Shown here: positions 28,011 through 41,265 of the stretch, piece after piece
Layout: every line of letters begins with the position of its first letter
Position numbering within the stretch: the stretch's first letter is position 1
NCBI GenBank assembly: GCA_030390025.1
Contig: CM059432.1
Span: 45,386,001-45,450,000, forward strand
Direction: 5' to 3'
Length of the DNA: 64,000 nucleotides
From: Squalus acanthias
Taxonomy: Eukaryota
Made by a program: the position numbers and the translations under genes
Notes under the pieces: model-generated
What the model was told of the DNA's origin: nothing
The model's input: only the letters and a program-made list of their open reading frames with translations
Databases searched by the model: none

Positions 28011-28397
28011 TACATCTTTTATAATGGACTCTAGCATTTTGCCCACTATGTCAGGCTTACCGGTCTATAACTCCCCATTTTCTCTCTACCACCTTTTTTT
28101 AAATAGTGGGGTTACATTAGCTACCCTCCAATCCATGGGAACTGTTCCAGAGTCGATAGAATTTTGGAAAATGACCAGCAATGCATCTACTATTTCTAGG
28201 GCCACTTCCTTAAGTACCCTAGGATGTAGATTAGCAGGCCCTGGGGATTTATCAGCCTTCAATCCCGTCAGTTTCCCTAACACCAGTTCCTTACAAATAC
28301 TGATTTCATTCAGTTCCTCCCTCTCATTAGACCCTATGTTCCCCGACATCTCTGGGAGGTTATTTGTGTCCTCCTTTGTGAAGACAGAACCAAAGTA

Positions 28398-28822
28398 CAG
28401 GAAACTTTTGTTTATCCGGCATCGACGGGACCGGCGTGGTGCCGGTTTATCGAAAGTACCGGATAACGGAGAGTTATATCTACCGAGGCTATTTTTAACA
28501 AAGAGACTCCAGGCAGCGCGGGAGAATCAACTCCTGCTACTGCCGTGTTTCGGACTTCCGACAGCGCCAGGAGGTCGAGTAGTGGCACTTTTGAAAAGTA
28601 CCCCTACTGACTAAATCGGCGTTCGCGGACTCGGACTCGGACTCTGGATCGGCAACATTGCCGGTTATTTGAGAGGAGTTTTCGGAGCACTCGGCGTTCG
28701 CGGAGACTCGACTGCGACTCGGCAACATTGCCGGTTATTTGAGAGGAGTTTTCGGAGGATGATTTTTGCCGGTTAAGCGAGAATTCCGGATATTTGGGTG
28801 CCGGATAAACGAAAGTTTCCTG
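28398..28822. mobile_element. pogo/Tigger-like MITE inserted in CR1
   Basis: TIRs caggaaacttt...aaagtttcctg with a TA TSD. Removing it restores the CR1 sequence. Confidence 0.9.
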
Positions 28823-29984
28823 TATGTATTTAATTGGTCTGCCGTTTCTTTGTTCCCCATTATAAATTCCCCTGATTCTGACTGCAAGGGACCTACGCTT
28901 GACTTCACCAATCTTTTTCTCTTCACATATCTATAGAAGCTTTTGCAGTCAGTTTTTATGTTCCCTGCAAGCTCACTCTCATATTCTATTTTCCCCTTCT
29001 TAATTAATCCCTTTGTCCTCCTTTGCTGAATCCTAAACTGCTCCCAATCCTCAGGTTTACTGCTTTTTCTGGCAAATTTATATGTCCTCTCCTTGGATCT
29101 TATGCTATCCCTAATTTCCCTTGTTAGCCACAGTTGAGTCACCTTTTTTGTTTTATTTTTATGCCAAACAGGGATGAACAAATTCTGTAGTTAATCCATG
29201 CGATCTTTAAATGTTTGCCATTGCCTATCCACCGTCAACCATTTAAGTAATGTTCCCCAATCCATCCTAGCCAACTCGCACCTCATACCATCATAGTTTC
29301 CTTTATTTAAATTCAGGACCCTAGTCTCTGAGTCAACTACTTCACTCTCCATCTTAATGAAGAATTCTATCATATTATGATCGCTCCTCCCCAAGGGGCC
29401 TCGCACAACAAGATTGCTAATTAATCCTTTCTCATTACATAATACCCAGTCTAAGATGGCCTGATCTCCAGTTGGTTCCTCTACATATTGTCCAGGAAAC
29501 CATCCCGTATACACTCTAGGAATTCCTCCTCCACAGTATTGTTACTAATTTTGTTAGCCGAATCTATATGTAGATTAAAGTCCCCCATGATAACTGCTGT
29601 GCCCTTATTGCACGCGTCTCTAATTTCCCATTTAATGCCATCCCCAACCTCAGTATTACTGTTTGGGGGTCTGTATTCAATTCCCACTAACGTTTTCTGC
29701 CCCTTGGTATTTCTCAGCTCTACCCATACAGATTCCACTTCATCAGAGCTAATATCCTTCCTTACTATTGTTTTAATCTCCTCTTTAACCTGCAATGCTA
29801 CCTACCTCCTTTTCCTTTTTGTCTGTCCTTCCTGAATATTGAATACCCCTGGATGTTGAATTCTCAGCCTTGGTCACCCTGGAGCCATGTCTCCGTAATC
29901 CCAATTATATCATATCCATTTACATCTATTTGTGCAGCTAATTCATCCACCTTATTACGAATGCTCCTTGCATTAAGACACAAA

Positions 29985-30877
29985 GGGGTAAAAATTCACT
30001 TGGTTGCGCCATCCGTTAGCGCCTTAAGAGGGCGCTAATGGGGCGCAAAGCCGCTAACGCCCGGGCGCAGCGATGTTTGCGCCGCTCGAGAACTTAACTT
30101 GAGATTGTGCGGCGGCGCTAAAGCTTACCGCTGCGACCACCTGCGCGCGCAGATTGTGACGTCATTCCATGGTGCAACGCCCTTGGGGCGCCCCGTAGCG
30201 GAAATTGAGTGGCGCCCCCTGCCTTACCGCCTGGCGCTTCCAACGACCAGAAGACTGGAACGCTATCAATTGCTGTGGGGCTGGGGGGGGCGCTATTTAA
30301 AGGGGGCCTCTTCCTGTCTTTTATTGTTGGTGGCATTTTTGAACTACGCATTCTGAGAGAGAGAGGGAGAGACTTCTGGAGAGATTCAACGTTGTGTGAA
30401 GGAGTTTTGGGTACTGAGCAGCACTTTGCAGGTTCATTTTGATTTGCCATTCCTTGTATCGATTTAGCAGAGACCGTGGGAGCTGCACTCTGAGCTCTTT
30501 GCCTGGTGCTCTCCATTGTTCTTTCCAGCACATTTGATGTGCAAGTCTCTCCAGGCCGAGATTCAAGGCAGCAATGAACAGGATGTGGATGGAAAGCAAG
30601 ATTAACCATCCCCTTTAAGAACTGGCCCGTGCCATTGTGTGTGTGTTCCATTGCTGACTGACATTACATGAGCTTCGCCAGCGCTCCGAGTTAGCGCCTC
30701 ACTGCTCGGCCTTTGCGCCTTAAGAGAGGTGTGCAGCGCCTGCTTTAGCGCTCCACTCACCTCCCGGGGCGGTAAAAGTGAAGTTTCCCGTCAGTGCCGA
30801 TAATTAGCGCCAGGCGCTAAAATTTGCGTCCGGACGATATTTGCGCCCCAAATGAGGCGCGACCTAATTTCTACCCC
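29985..30877. mobile_element. CpG-rich non-autonomous Harbinger-like element inserted in CR1
   Basis: TIRs ggggtaaaaatt...aatttctacccc with an AAA TSD. Removal restores CR1 ttaagacacaaagccttcag. Confidence 0.88.
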
Positions 30878-32168
30878 AAAGCCTTCAGGCTTGTTTTTTT
30901 AACACTCTTAGACCTTTTAGAATTATTGTTTAGTGTGGCCATGTTTGATTTACACCCTTGATTTCTCTGACTTCCACTTTTGCTTTTCTCCTTCCTGTCT
31001 TTTGCTTCTATCCTTGCTTCCCTTTCCTCTGTCTCCCTGCACAGGTTCCCAACCCCCTGCCATTTTAGTTTAAACCCTCCCCAACAGCACTAGCAAACAC
31101 TCCCCCAGGACATCGGTAGATATAGAGGAACTATAAAATTAAATTATCAAGGAACATAAAACAATTATAAAAAAAGGAAGGTTGGGAGGGGAATAGGGCC
31201 ATTAAGGGATAGACAGGATAATACCACAGGTAACAATAGAGAGATGGCAGAAATATTAAATAATTATTTTGCTTCAGTATTTACCAGAGAGATAGAACAG
31301 GTGGACATGACATTGGATGATGAGATTAGTAATGAGATAAGTATAAAGAGGGGATACATTCAATGAACTAATCAAACTCAAAGAGGATACAACCCCTGGT
31401 CCGGATGGATTGCATCTACGCATTTTAAAAGAATCTAGGGAAGAGATAGCAGAGGCATTACTACACATACCAACTAACAACACACAAGGGTATGCACGTG
31501 TATGATTTAGACTTTGGAATCAAAAACACAATTTCTAAATTTGCAGATGACACCAAATTGGGAGGGATAGTCAATACTGAGGACGACTGCAACAAATTAC
31601 AAGAGGACATTAATAAACTTGCAGAATGGGCATATAATTGGCAAATTAAGTTCAACACAAATAAATGTGAGGTATTACATTTTGGTGGGAAGAATAGGGA
31701 GGTCACTTATTACTTGGAGGGTGCGAGTCTAGGTGGGGTAGAGGAACAAAGGGATCTTGGAGTACAAATACACAAATCACTAAAAGTTGCGACACAGGTT
31801 AGCAAGGCCATAAAAAAGCAAGCCAAGCAATTGGGTTTATTTCTAGAGGTATAGCATTGAAAAGTAGGGAAGTTATGCTAAACCTTTATCGAACCTTGGT
31901 TAGACCACTTAGAGTACTGCGAACAATTCTGGTCGCCATATTATAAAAAGGATATAGAGGCACTGGAGAGGGTCCGCTGAGTGCCGGCAAAATTGCGGCC
32001 TATATTGTGAAACTCATTTTAACCTTCAGGTTGCTGAGAATGAATGCGAATACAGTGGACAACAGAATCAGGCTAATAAAATAAATTTACACAAAGGATT
32101 TTGCAATCTGGAGATACATAAGAAACCAATTATGAAAGAAAGAAAAGGCTTGAATAAGAAAAATGTTA

Positions 32169-32306
<138 letters not shown>

Positions 32307-33769
32307 TTAAACAAAAACAAAAAATGGATTTGTAACATTTCTGCATTGGCTGAGAAAAAAGCATTACCTTTGAATTAATAATTGCATCTTGGGAATGAAC
32401 AAAAAAAATATTTTATAGGAAATAAAAATCATATGAAATTTACTGCATGTTTATTATGTGTAGCAATCTTCAAAGACATCATTATTCCCAAAACACTAAA
32501 ATCCACTCCCTCTGCAACTAAAGTAAATTATGATGCTTTTCTGTTGGGTTGGCTTGAAATGTCACTGCACTCTAATAAATAAAATTATTTCTGTGAGAAA
32601 AGTTGATGATCAATACGCTTTATACTATTCTGAGAGTACAACATATATTCCTTTCATCATGAACAAAATACTGGCAAATCTCAAAGGTGACAGCTTTTTA
32701 ACTGTATTGAAGACAAGTTGAAAGCAAGTGTGGACCAGAGATTTATTTTTCTAACACATCATAGACATGGATACAGAAAACTTCTACAAAGTGCCAAACA
32801 TCAAACAACTAAATATGCCTTTGAGGTCAAAAAGATTCATCTGCTGCTCCATGTGTTTTAAGCTGTCTGTGAAAAACTATGAATACCATTAAGCCTACTC
32901 AGGACTACTGAAAAAATGTAGTTATTACTTGCACAATTAGTTTCAAAGTATTTCACAGAGTTCATTTTGCATACTGATCAATATTCAAGTAGCTAGAACA
33001 TATTCAGAAAATGTTACAATTAAATACAAGAATGTCTTAACTGTAAGCAGCATGGTGGTACTTTAAACCAAGTGGTAGGACATAGGTTCACATCAATTAA
33101 ATTCTTAAGTCACTTTGAAAGCTAATGAAATAAAAATGGGACTGCAACAGCTACTACCTGCATGACAGGATGAAGATGTAGTTTAAACTCAGCAAATGGT
33201 AAAGTATAAGTTTCAGAGCAGATTCATTGTAGAAAAAAGTAAATGTAAATAAACGAATACTAGCTTTAGAAAATGGAAAGCAACAGATTCATTTTATTTA
33301 AAAAGCTCAAACGGGGATTCCTGTACTATCTGATTTTGCTCTTAAGACTCAGACATCAAATTTATGTACTCTGAAATGCACTGTTAAAAGTGCAGAGATC
33401 CCATTATATTAATTGCAGCTATTTGTTTCCAGCAGCAAAATGTCACATATTAAATGTACATCAAACTCCATATGACAAATTAACTGTATTACTCATTGTC
33501 CATTGACCCAAAAACATGGGATACATTGCCTGTAATGAACAAGATTTCAAGAGCATGTACAGCATTGATGAAGCTGATCCAGGCAAATTTTGGCAGGGGG
33601 TTCAAACAGAGGGGACACAAGTTAAAATTTACAACACCATGCATTTCTAGTAAGATGTCTCAAAGTAATTTATAATAAGCAGGCTAGGAGTTCCACAGGG
33701 TAGGCGTGTAGAGGCTGAATGAATGAGCGGGAACAAGGAGGAGGAAGAAGAGGAGGAGGATCATGAGAA

Positions 33770-35230
33770 CAACAACAGCAACTTATGTTTATACAGTGCC
33801 TTTAACACAGAGAAATAGGCCAAAGCGCTTAACACAGACCTAATCAAAAAATGGATACAGAGCCAAACGGGCTATCAGGAGAGGTGACGAAAAGCTTGGT
33901 CAAAAAGGTGGATTTTAAGGAAGGTCTTAAAGGAGGAGTCCACAGGTGGAGAGGGAATTCCAGAGCGTGGGGCCTAGGCAGCTGAAGACAAGGCTGCCAA
34001 TGGTGGGGTGACGTTGGGGGCCATGCACAAGAGGCCAGCATCAGAAGAATGGAGTGTTGGGGGGGGGGGGGGGGGTGGGGAGGGCGGCAGTTTTACGGCT
34101 AGAGGAGGTCAGAGAGATAGGGAGGGCAAAGCCATGAAGGGATTTCAGCATGAGGATGAGAATTTTAAATTTTAGGGTTTGAGAGACCAGGAGCCAGTGT
34201 AGGTCAGCGAGGAGAGGGGTGATGCGCGAGAGGAACTTGGTGCTAGATAGGATATGGGCAGAGTTTTGAATGAGCCAAGTTTATGGAGAGTGGACGATGG
34301 GAGGCTGGCCAGAAGAGCACTGGAACAGTCGAGTCTCGAGGTGACAAAGGCATGAATGAGGGTTTCAGCAGCAGATAAGCTGAGGCAGGGACGGAGACGG
34401 GTGAAGTTAAGTAGGTGGAAGTAGGGGTTCTTTGCAATGGAGAAGAAATGGGGTGGAAGCACAGCTTGGGGTCGATTAGAATGCCGAGGTTGCATACAGA
34501 TGGTTCAGAAGCTCAGTAATAGGAGGAACAGAACCTGTGTGTTTGGCCGTAAGGCTGGAGGGGTCACTAAAAGGCCATGAAGAAGATTGGCGATAAGAGT
34601 GAAAAATTTGAAGTCAATGTATTGAGTCAGTGGAGGTCTGAGGGAACGATGGGACTGCAGACTATATGGAGGTGAGGACACAAGGCTCAGATTTTAAAAC
34701 TGACCTATTGTACATGGACAATTATAAAGACACAGCAATGGATTCAACATCAACCCTGCATTTATATAGTGCCTTTAATGTAATAAAACATCTCAAGGAA
34801 CGACACAGAACAATAATCAGACAAAAATTGACACTGAGCCAAAGGAGATATTCGGATGGGTAACTAAAAGCTTGGTCAAAGAGGTCTTAAGGAGGTTCTT
34901 AAAGGAGGAGCGGTGGGGTTGCGGAGAGGTTTAGGGAGGAAATTGCAAATCTTAGGGTCTAGACGGTTGATGGCACAGCCGGCAATGGTGGGACAAAGGG
35001 AATGAGGATGCACAAGAGGCCAGAATTGGAGGAATGTAGAGTTCTTGGAGGGTTGTAGGGCTGGAGAAGGTTACTGAGATAGGGAGACCATGGAGGGATT
35101 TGAACACAAAGATGAGAATTTTAAAATCGAGGCGTTGGTGGACTGGGAGCCAATTAGGTCAACAAGCACAGGGGTGATGGGTGAACGGGACTTGATGCGG
35201 GTATTAGAGTTTCGGATGAGCTCAAATTTA
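33770..35230 (-). mobile_element. Two L2 3' fragments (about 33770-34500 and 34745-35230)
   Basis: AAETLIHAFVTSRLD on the minus strand, plus L2 tails. Confidence 0.8.
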
Positions 35231-35301
35231 AGGTCGGCATAAATTTCACGGTAACTTTCTGGTTACGACGTTCCAGAAAATTCTAGGCCATTTAACACTA
35301 T

Positions 35302-36080
35302 GGCCCGGATTTTACTGTCAGCGGCAAATGAACAGTGCTCATCGTTCATTACGCTTACAGCTTCCCAGACTTTTCGTGGGTTTTTGAGCGGCAACTTACG
35401 GTCATCGGGCGTCTGAAACAACGCGGCGCCCTCTACAGTAGATCTGGGACCTGTGTAAACAGGACAAGCAACAGCGTGGCTCTTCAACCAACCAGACTGA
35501 AGAATCCTCACTGAGCCACGCAGAGTCTAAACCAAGAAGTAAGTTAGAATATTTAAATCAATGTAAAATAATGTACAGAAAGGTGAAATAAGAGAGGGAA
35601 AGAAAGATGGGATTAAGAGAGAGAGATAAAAGAGAACGAAAGAAACAGTAAAAAAAGTTTAATTTTAATTTTTTTTAAATCTCCAACAATAATTAAAATC
35701 TAAAGGAATGAGACTCCACACTTGTAAGAGTTGATTTTCAGTGCCTGAGAGGTTGTTTGGCAGTAATTAAGATTCATCATGCTGTTAAAAATTCACTTAC
35801 ACTTGAATGGACAAGCCCTAACTTTTTCTGGCGTGTTTAGTAGGTATCTAGTGGGCAAGTACCGCAAAATCACGCCCTTACATATATTTCAATGCCGAGT
35901 CTATTGGCGAAGTACGGGTGTAGTGAAGCTTGTGGAGTAGCAGGGCAAATTGGACAGCAACTTCCAGCTTTCCGCGTTTTACTACGCATGTGCTCACGCC
36001 AGAAGTTGCTGTCTGATTTACTCCACAATAACGGTGAGCGCTGACAGACTCACCGTTATTGTTACCGCAAAATCCATGCC
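35302..36080. mobile_element. Harbinger-like MITE
   Basis: TIRs ggcccggatttt...aaaatccatgcc with a TAT TSD. Homologous to 43440-44173. Confidence 0.85.
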
Positions 36081-36096
36081 TATGTGTTATTGCTCA

Positions 36097-36297
<201 letters not shown>

Positions 36298-36814
36298 TTA
36301 GTGAAGTTATGTGCTTAAAATTGTTAATTTCTTACAGAAACTACTACAGTATACAAAATCGTCATCCAATTACAGTATGAATGGTGCATTTATGATGAAC
36401 TGTAAACTCTGCATGAAAATTTTAGAAGTGAGCAGGTGCTACAAGACCAGATGAAAATGATCATGTTCTGTATTTTGCACACTCAAAATTATACTCTAAG
36501 GAAGTTTTACTTTGCTACTGGGTCTGTTATACCTGCATTCCAATCCCCAACACTGGCATCCTTTGCCTTAATAAGCATTACTGAAATTAAAACAAAATAT
36601 GCAAGCAGAAAATACCGTGGAATATTTTACATGCATCCAAACAAGCAGGCAGGACCTTAGTTTACAGACTGATCCAATAATGTAGGACTGAAGTGTTAGC
36701 CTAGACTATGGGCTCAAGTACTGAAGCGGGACTTGAATCCTCAACCTTCTGAATTCGAGGCAAGAGTGCTACCAGAGCCGAAATGACCATCATGTAATCT
36801 ATTGGTCAAAGTCA

Positions 36815-37036
<222 letters not shown>

Positions 37037-38996
37037 CTAGTGTGCAAGGAAAGAAAATTGCATTAAAAAACTGTAAAACTATTAGCCCATAATGTGGCCC
37101 GCAGCATCAAAATGCTGTAGGGATTTGAAGTCCGGGGCTTTTATAATCGGGTACTGAGGCTTACTCAGCATCCATTCAGCACAGTGCTCAAAAATACGGC
37201 AGGTGCTTTGAGGGCCAAGAGCATGCTGCACGTTAGGCTCATTAAGCCCTCAGTAGTTTCCACTTAAATTAAGCTGAAGCCGTACAATGTGACTTAGCAC
37301 TCATTTGCAACGGGTGCTTCAGGGGACATACAGCCAAAAAAAAATTCAATCTGAATTTTGTAAACACGCTCTGCTACGTGGATGTTCCATGTGGTTGTGT
37401 CACTGAGTTGACCTTATCGAATAATGTTAAGAACAACTTCTTTAAATAATCGGGTAGCACTCCTGGCACCTAGCACATGACATGCTGGAGGCGCTACAGG
37501 CATCTGGCACCAGCAGCTAGTAAACCTTTTGGACAGCTGGTGTGGGAAGAAAGGGCTGAAGTGCAACCTATGTTAGTAATCCCAACTGATTTATCATTGG
37601 TGATTTTTTGATGCAGATTGATTATAAGTAATATTTTCTCTTCCCTTTCTCAGGTCATCATTGACTTTTTTTAAATGATGTTTTAAACAGACCAATCACA
37701 CGGACAGCTTTAATGGAAATCAAACACACTGCAAGATCACCCTATCTACATAATTCAAATGCATCTATGTTTCTACAGAGGAGGTCTGAGGGTGCTGTTT
37801 ATTGAGTTGTCAGCCTGGATAAAGTAAATGACATAGACAGCCATAATTTGGCAGTGTACTTCTTCAGTGAATTCAATTTACGAAGATTTCAAACTTTAAA
37901 CATTTTTTTTGAGGTAATATGCATGTGGAACAGATGGCAATCCACTAATTGAATTATTAGTATAAAGAACCTTGATCATTACCAAAAGGCTCCAGAAGTA
38001 AAATATATTCAACTGTCCAAAATGTTTATCCTAAGGTACAACAGATGTTTTCTCGGGCTTTTCAAAATACTTTGTAAAATTGCTGATTGCTCAAAATTGA
38101 TTGTTTTTATAAATCATTTTAAAGTGATTGAGACTTTCATTTTACACACAGAAGATAATGAATCCCCTTAAAAGGGAACAAAGAACAGCTTGCAGATGTT
38201 AAAAGAAAAAATTATGAGAAACAGCACTGAATTCAAACAATAGGAAACTGGAATTTCAGCTACAGCTTATTTATACGAACGAACAATGACGGACAGGTAA
38301 AGATCCTATGCTCCATCGAGTCTGTCCCACACAATTGTGATACCTTGTGTATCACAACATATACACTCCATCCCACCTAAAACCATGTGATCTCCTGGGA
38401 GAGGCAAAAAACCAGATAAAAAACCCAGGCCAATTTGTGAAAAAAAAATCTGAGGAATTCCTCTCCGACCCATCTAGGCGATCGAAACTAGTCCAGGAGA
38501 TCACTCTGGCCCTGAATTCCCTGCAGTACCTACCTTCTATAAGAGGTGATCTCCGCCCCAGCCAGAAACAAATCCAGCTCTCGCTTGAAGGAATTCAGTG
38601 AATCAGCATCCACCACACGAGACGACAGCCTGTTCCAGATGTCCACTATTCTCTGGGAAAAGAACCACCTCCTGACATCTAACCTAGATTTAGCCTTATA
38701 CAACTTAAATTTGTGACCCCTGGTCCTCCCGAACCTATTTAATTGAAAATAAACTGTCAGCTGCAACACAATTACTATTTCAAGGGGAGACTGGATAGGC
38801 ACTTAAGGGAAATAAACTTGCAGGGCTACGGGGATAGATCGGGGGAATGGGACTGACTGGATTGCTCTACAGAGAGCTGGCACGGACTTGATGGGCCGAA
38901 TGGCCTCTTTCTGTGCTGTTATGACAATCTATTCCCTTAATTATCTTATAAACCTCAATCAGGTCCCTCCCTAAGTCTACGCTTCTCTAAGGTATA

Positions 38997-39798
38997 GGGC
39001 TGGATTTTGTCAATGGGGGCGCGACTGCTGGTTGTCGGGTTTCAGTCCCGCCCCAACGACGTCCGGCCAACTCACTCTATTTTCCTTTGATTGACCTTGT
39101 TAAGCCCGCCCTGCGGGCTTAGCCGGCCAATTAAGGGAAAGCCGGTGACAGAGGACGTCAGCATATGTTTGAATTGTCAGCGTTTGACAGCTTTGAGAAG
39201 CTGTCAAACACTGACAATTTCTGTTCTAAGGTGAGCCCTTGTACTGAAGGCTCACCAAACCTCTTTCCTCAGCAGAAATCAGATGGCTACTGCATCTGAG
39301 AATGCAGCAGCCATTCTGTCACCTCTGCTCGAGATGAGGCACCTCCGGATCCCCAAGGGTTGAAGCCTGCAGGAAGAAACAAAGGTAAGTAAACTTTTTC
39401 TAACACTTTACACTCACCTCTCATAATTACCTCTCCACACTTGCACCCATTACTCACCTCCACAGCGGACTTTTCGATCCCTCTCACCCCCGCAGACCCG
39501 CTGCTCGCCTCGCTGACCCTGGCGAGGTTCGCAGTCGTCGCGAAGCCCACATTTGCAGGGGTAAAATGGGGATAAACCTCTTAACTGCCTGTTAACTACC
39601 TGTTAACAGGCAGTTAATTGGCTGTAATCCCCTTCCCGCCTCAAGAGACGGGTCCCTGCGCGAGTCGGGGACCCGCCCCCCAGGAAGATGGCACGGAGGC
39701 GGATTGGGAGCGTGTTCGGTACCCGCTACCAGTTTCTGCCATTTTCCCAGCAGTCCCGCCTCCATACCCGCCTCCCCAGGGCTAGCAAAATTCCCCCC
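38997..39798. mobile_element. Non-autonomous Harbinger-like element
   Basis: TIRs gggctggattttg...caaaattcccccc with an ATA TSD. The left part (cttgttaagcccgccc) is related to the 24457 element. Confidence 0.82.
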
Positions 39799-40085
39799 AT
39801 AGAGTCCCAACTCTTTTAGCCTATCTTGATAACCAAGATGTTTTAGACTGGGAATTAGTCTAGTGGCCCTCCTCTGCCTCCTTTCCAAAGCCTCAATATC
39901 ACCCGCCATGTGAGGAGACCAAAACTGGACACAGTATTCTAAGTGCGGCCTGACTAAAGTCTTGCATAAGGACAAAACAGTATGCCTCGTCTTGTACGTA
40001 ATTGTCCTATGGATACACCCCAACACCCTATTTGCTCTAGCTATCGCTACACAGCATTGCTCATGTACCTTTAAGGATGAATGCA

Positions 40086-41265
40086 AAAGTCTCTTTCTAT
40101 CTCCACCCTGGAGACTGCACTCGCCTGGTTCCATTCTTATCTATCTAATTGTAACCAGAGAATCACCTGCAATGGCTTCTCTTCCCGCTCCCGCATTGTT
40201 ACCTCTGGTGTCCCCCAAGGATCTATCCTTGGCCCCCTCCTATTTCTCATCTACATGTTGCCCCTTGATGACATCATCCGAAAACACAGCGTCAGTTTCC
40301 ACATGTACGCTGACGACACCCAGCTCTACCTCACTACTTCTTCTCTCGACCCCACCACGGTGTCTAAATTGTCAGACTGCTTGTCCTACATACAATTCTG
40401 GATGAGCAAAAATTGACTCCAATTAAATATTGGAAAGACTGAAGCCATTGTTTTCGGTCCCCACCACAAACTTCGTTCCCTAGCCACTGACTCTATCCCT
40501 CTCCCTCACATCTGTCTGAGACTGAACCACACTGTTCACAACCTTGGTGTCATATTTGACCCTGAAATGAACTTCCAACCACATATCCGCAGCATAACTA
40601 AGACCGCCTACTTCCACCTCCGTAACTGTCTCCGCCCTTGCCTCAGCTCATCCGCTGCTGAAACCCTCATCCATGCCTTTGTTACCTCTAGACTTGACTA
40701 TTCTAACGCACTCCTGGCTGGCCTCCCACATTCTACCCTACGTAAACTTGAGGTCATCCAAAACTCGGCTGCCCGTGTCCCAACTCGCACCAAGTCCCGT
40801 TCCTCCATCACCCCTGTGCTGCTCGCTGACCTACATTGGCTCCCGGTTAAGCAGGGTCTCGATTTCAAAATTCTCATCCTTGTTTTCAAATCCCTCCATA
40901 GCCTCGCCCCTCCCTATCTCTGTAATCTCCTTCAGCCCCACAACCCCCAGAGATATCTGCGCTCCTCTAATTCTGGCCTCTTGAGCATCCCTGATTATAA
41001 TCGCTCAACCTTTGGTGGCTGTGCCTTCTGTTGCCTAGGCCCTAAGCTCTGGAATTCCCTGCCTAAACCTGTCCGCCTCGCTACTTCTCTTTCCTCCTTT
41101 AAGGCGCTCCTTAAAACCTTCCTCTTTGACCAAGCTTTTGATCACCTGCCCTAATTTATCCTTATGTGGATCGGTGTCAAATTTTTTGTCTTAAAATACT
41201 CCTGTGCAGCGCCTTGGGACGTTTTACTACGTTAAAGACGCTAAATACAAGTTGTTGTTGTTGTT
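40086..41265 (+). mobile_element. L2 LINE 3' portion
   Basis: GVPQGSILGPLLFLIY, HMYADDTQLY, ORF 40567..41154, and a (ttg)n tail. Confidence 0.92.

Larger units (their letters stand above)
26368..31116 (-). mobile_element. CR1 LINE with APE, RT and 3' tail, itself interrupted three times
   Basis: ORF 26572..27789 (405 aa, RT) and upstream ORF2 pieces at 28086-29795. Confidence 0.93.
24958..31971 (+). mobile_element. CR1 (second subfamily), split into about 24958-26367 and 31126-31971
   Basis: ORF1 end VTISGLLPEP, APE motifs GITETWL and MGDFNYP. Reading resumes after the minus-strand CR1, with ISKFADDTKLGG at 31.5 kb. Confidence 0.85.
24457..32000 (+). mobile_element. PIF/Harbinger element remnant with a Myb/SANT-like ORF fragment, expanded by nested insertions
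   Basis: TIRs ggctgcaatttt...aaaattgcggcc with a TAT TSD (24454-24456 and 32001-32003). Myb-like peptide at about 24750-24960. Confidence 0.8.

Noticed and set aside
29985..30877. CpG-island promoter or 177-aa ORF 30118..30651
   Set aside because: It lies wholly within a TIR- and TSD-bounded insertion in a CR1, and the ORF has no recognisable domain. The same applies to the CpG-rich 38997-39798 and 53287-54052.
34059..34085. G-run as a functional G-quadruplex
   Set aside because: It is a homopolymer expansion inside a decayed L2, and similar C/G runs occur in other L2 copies.
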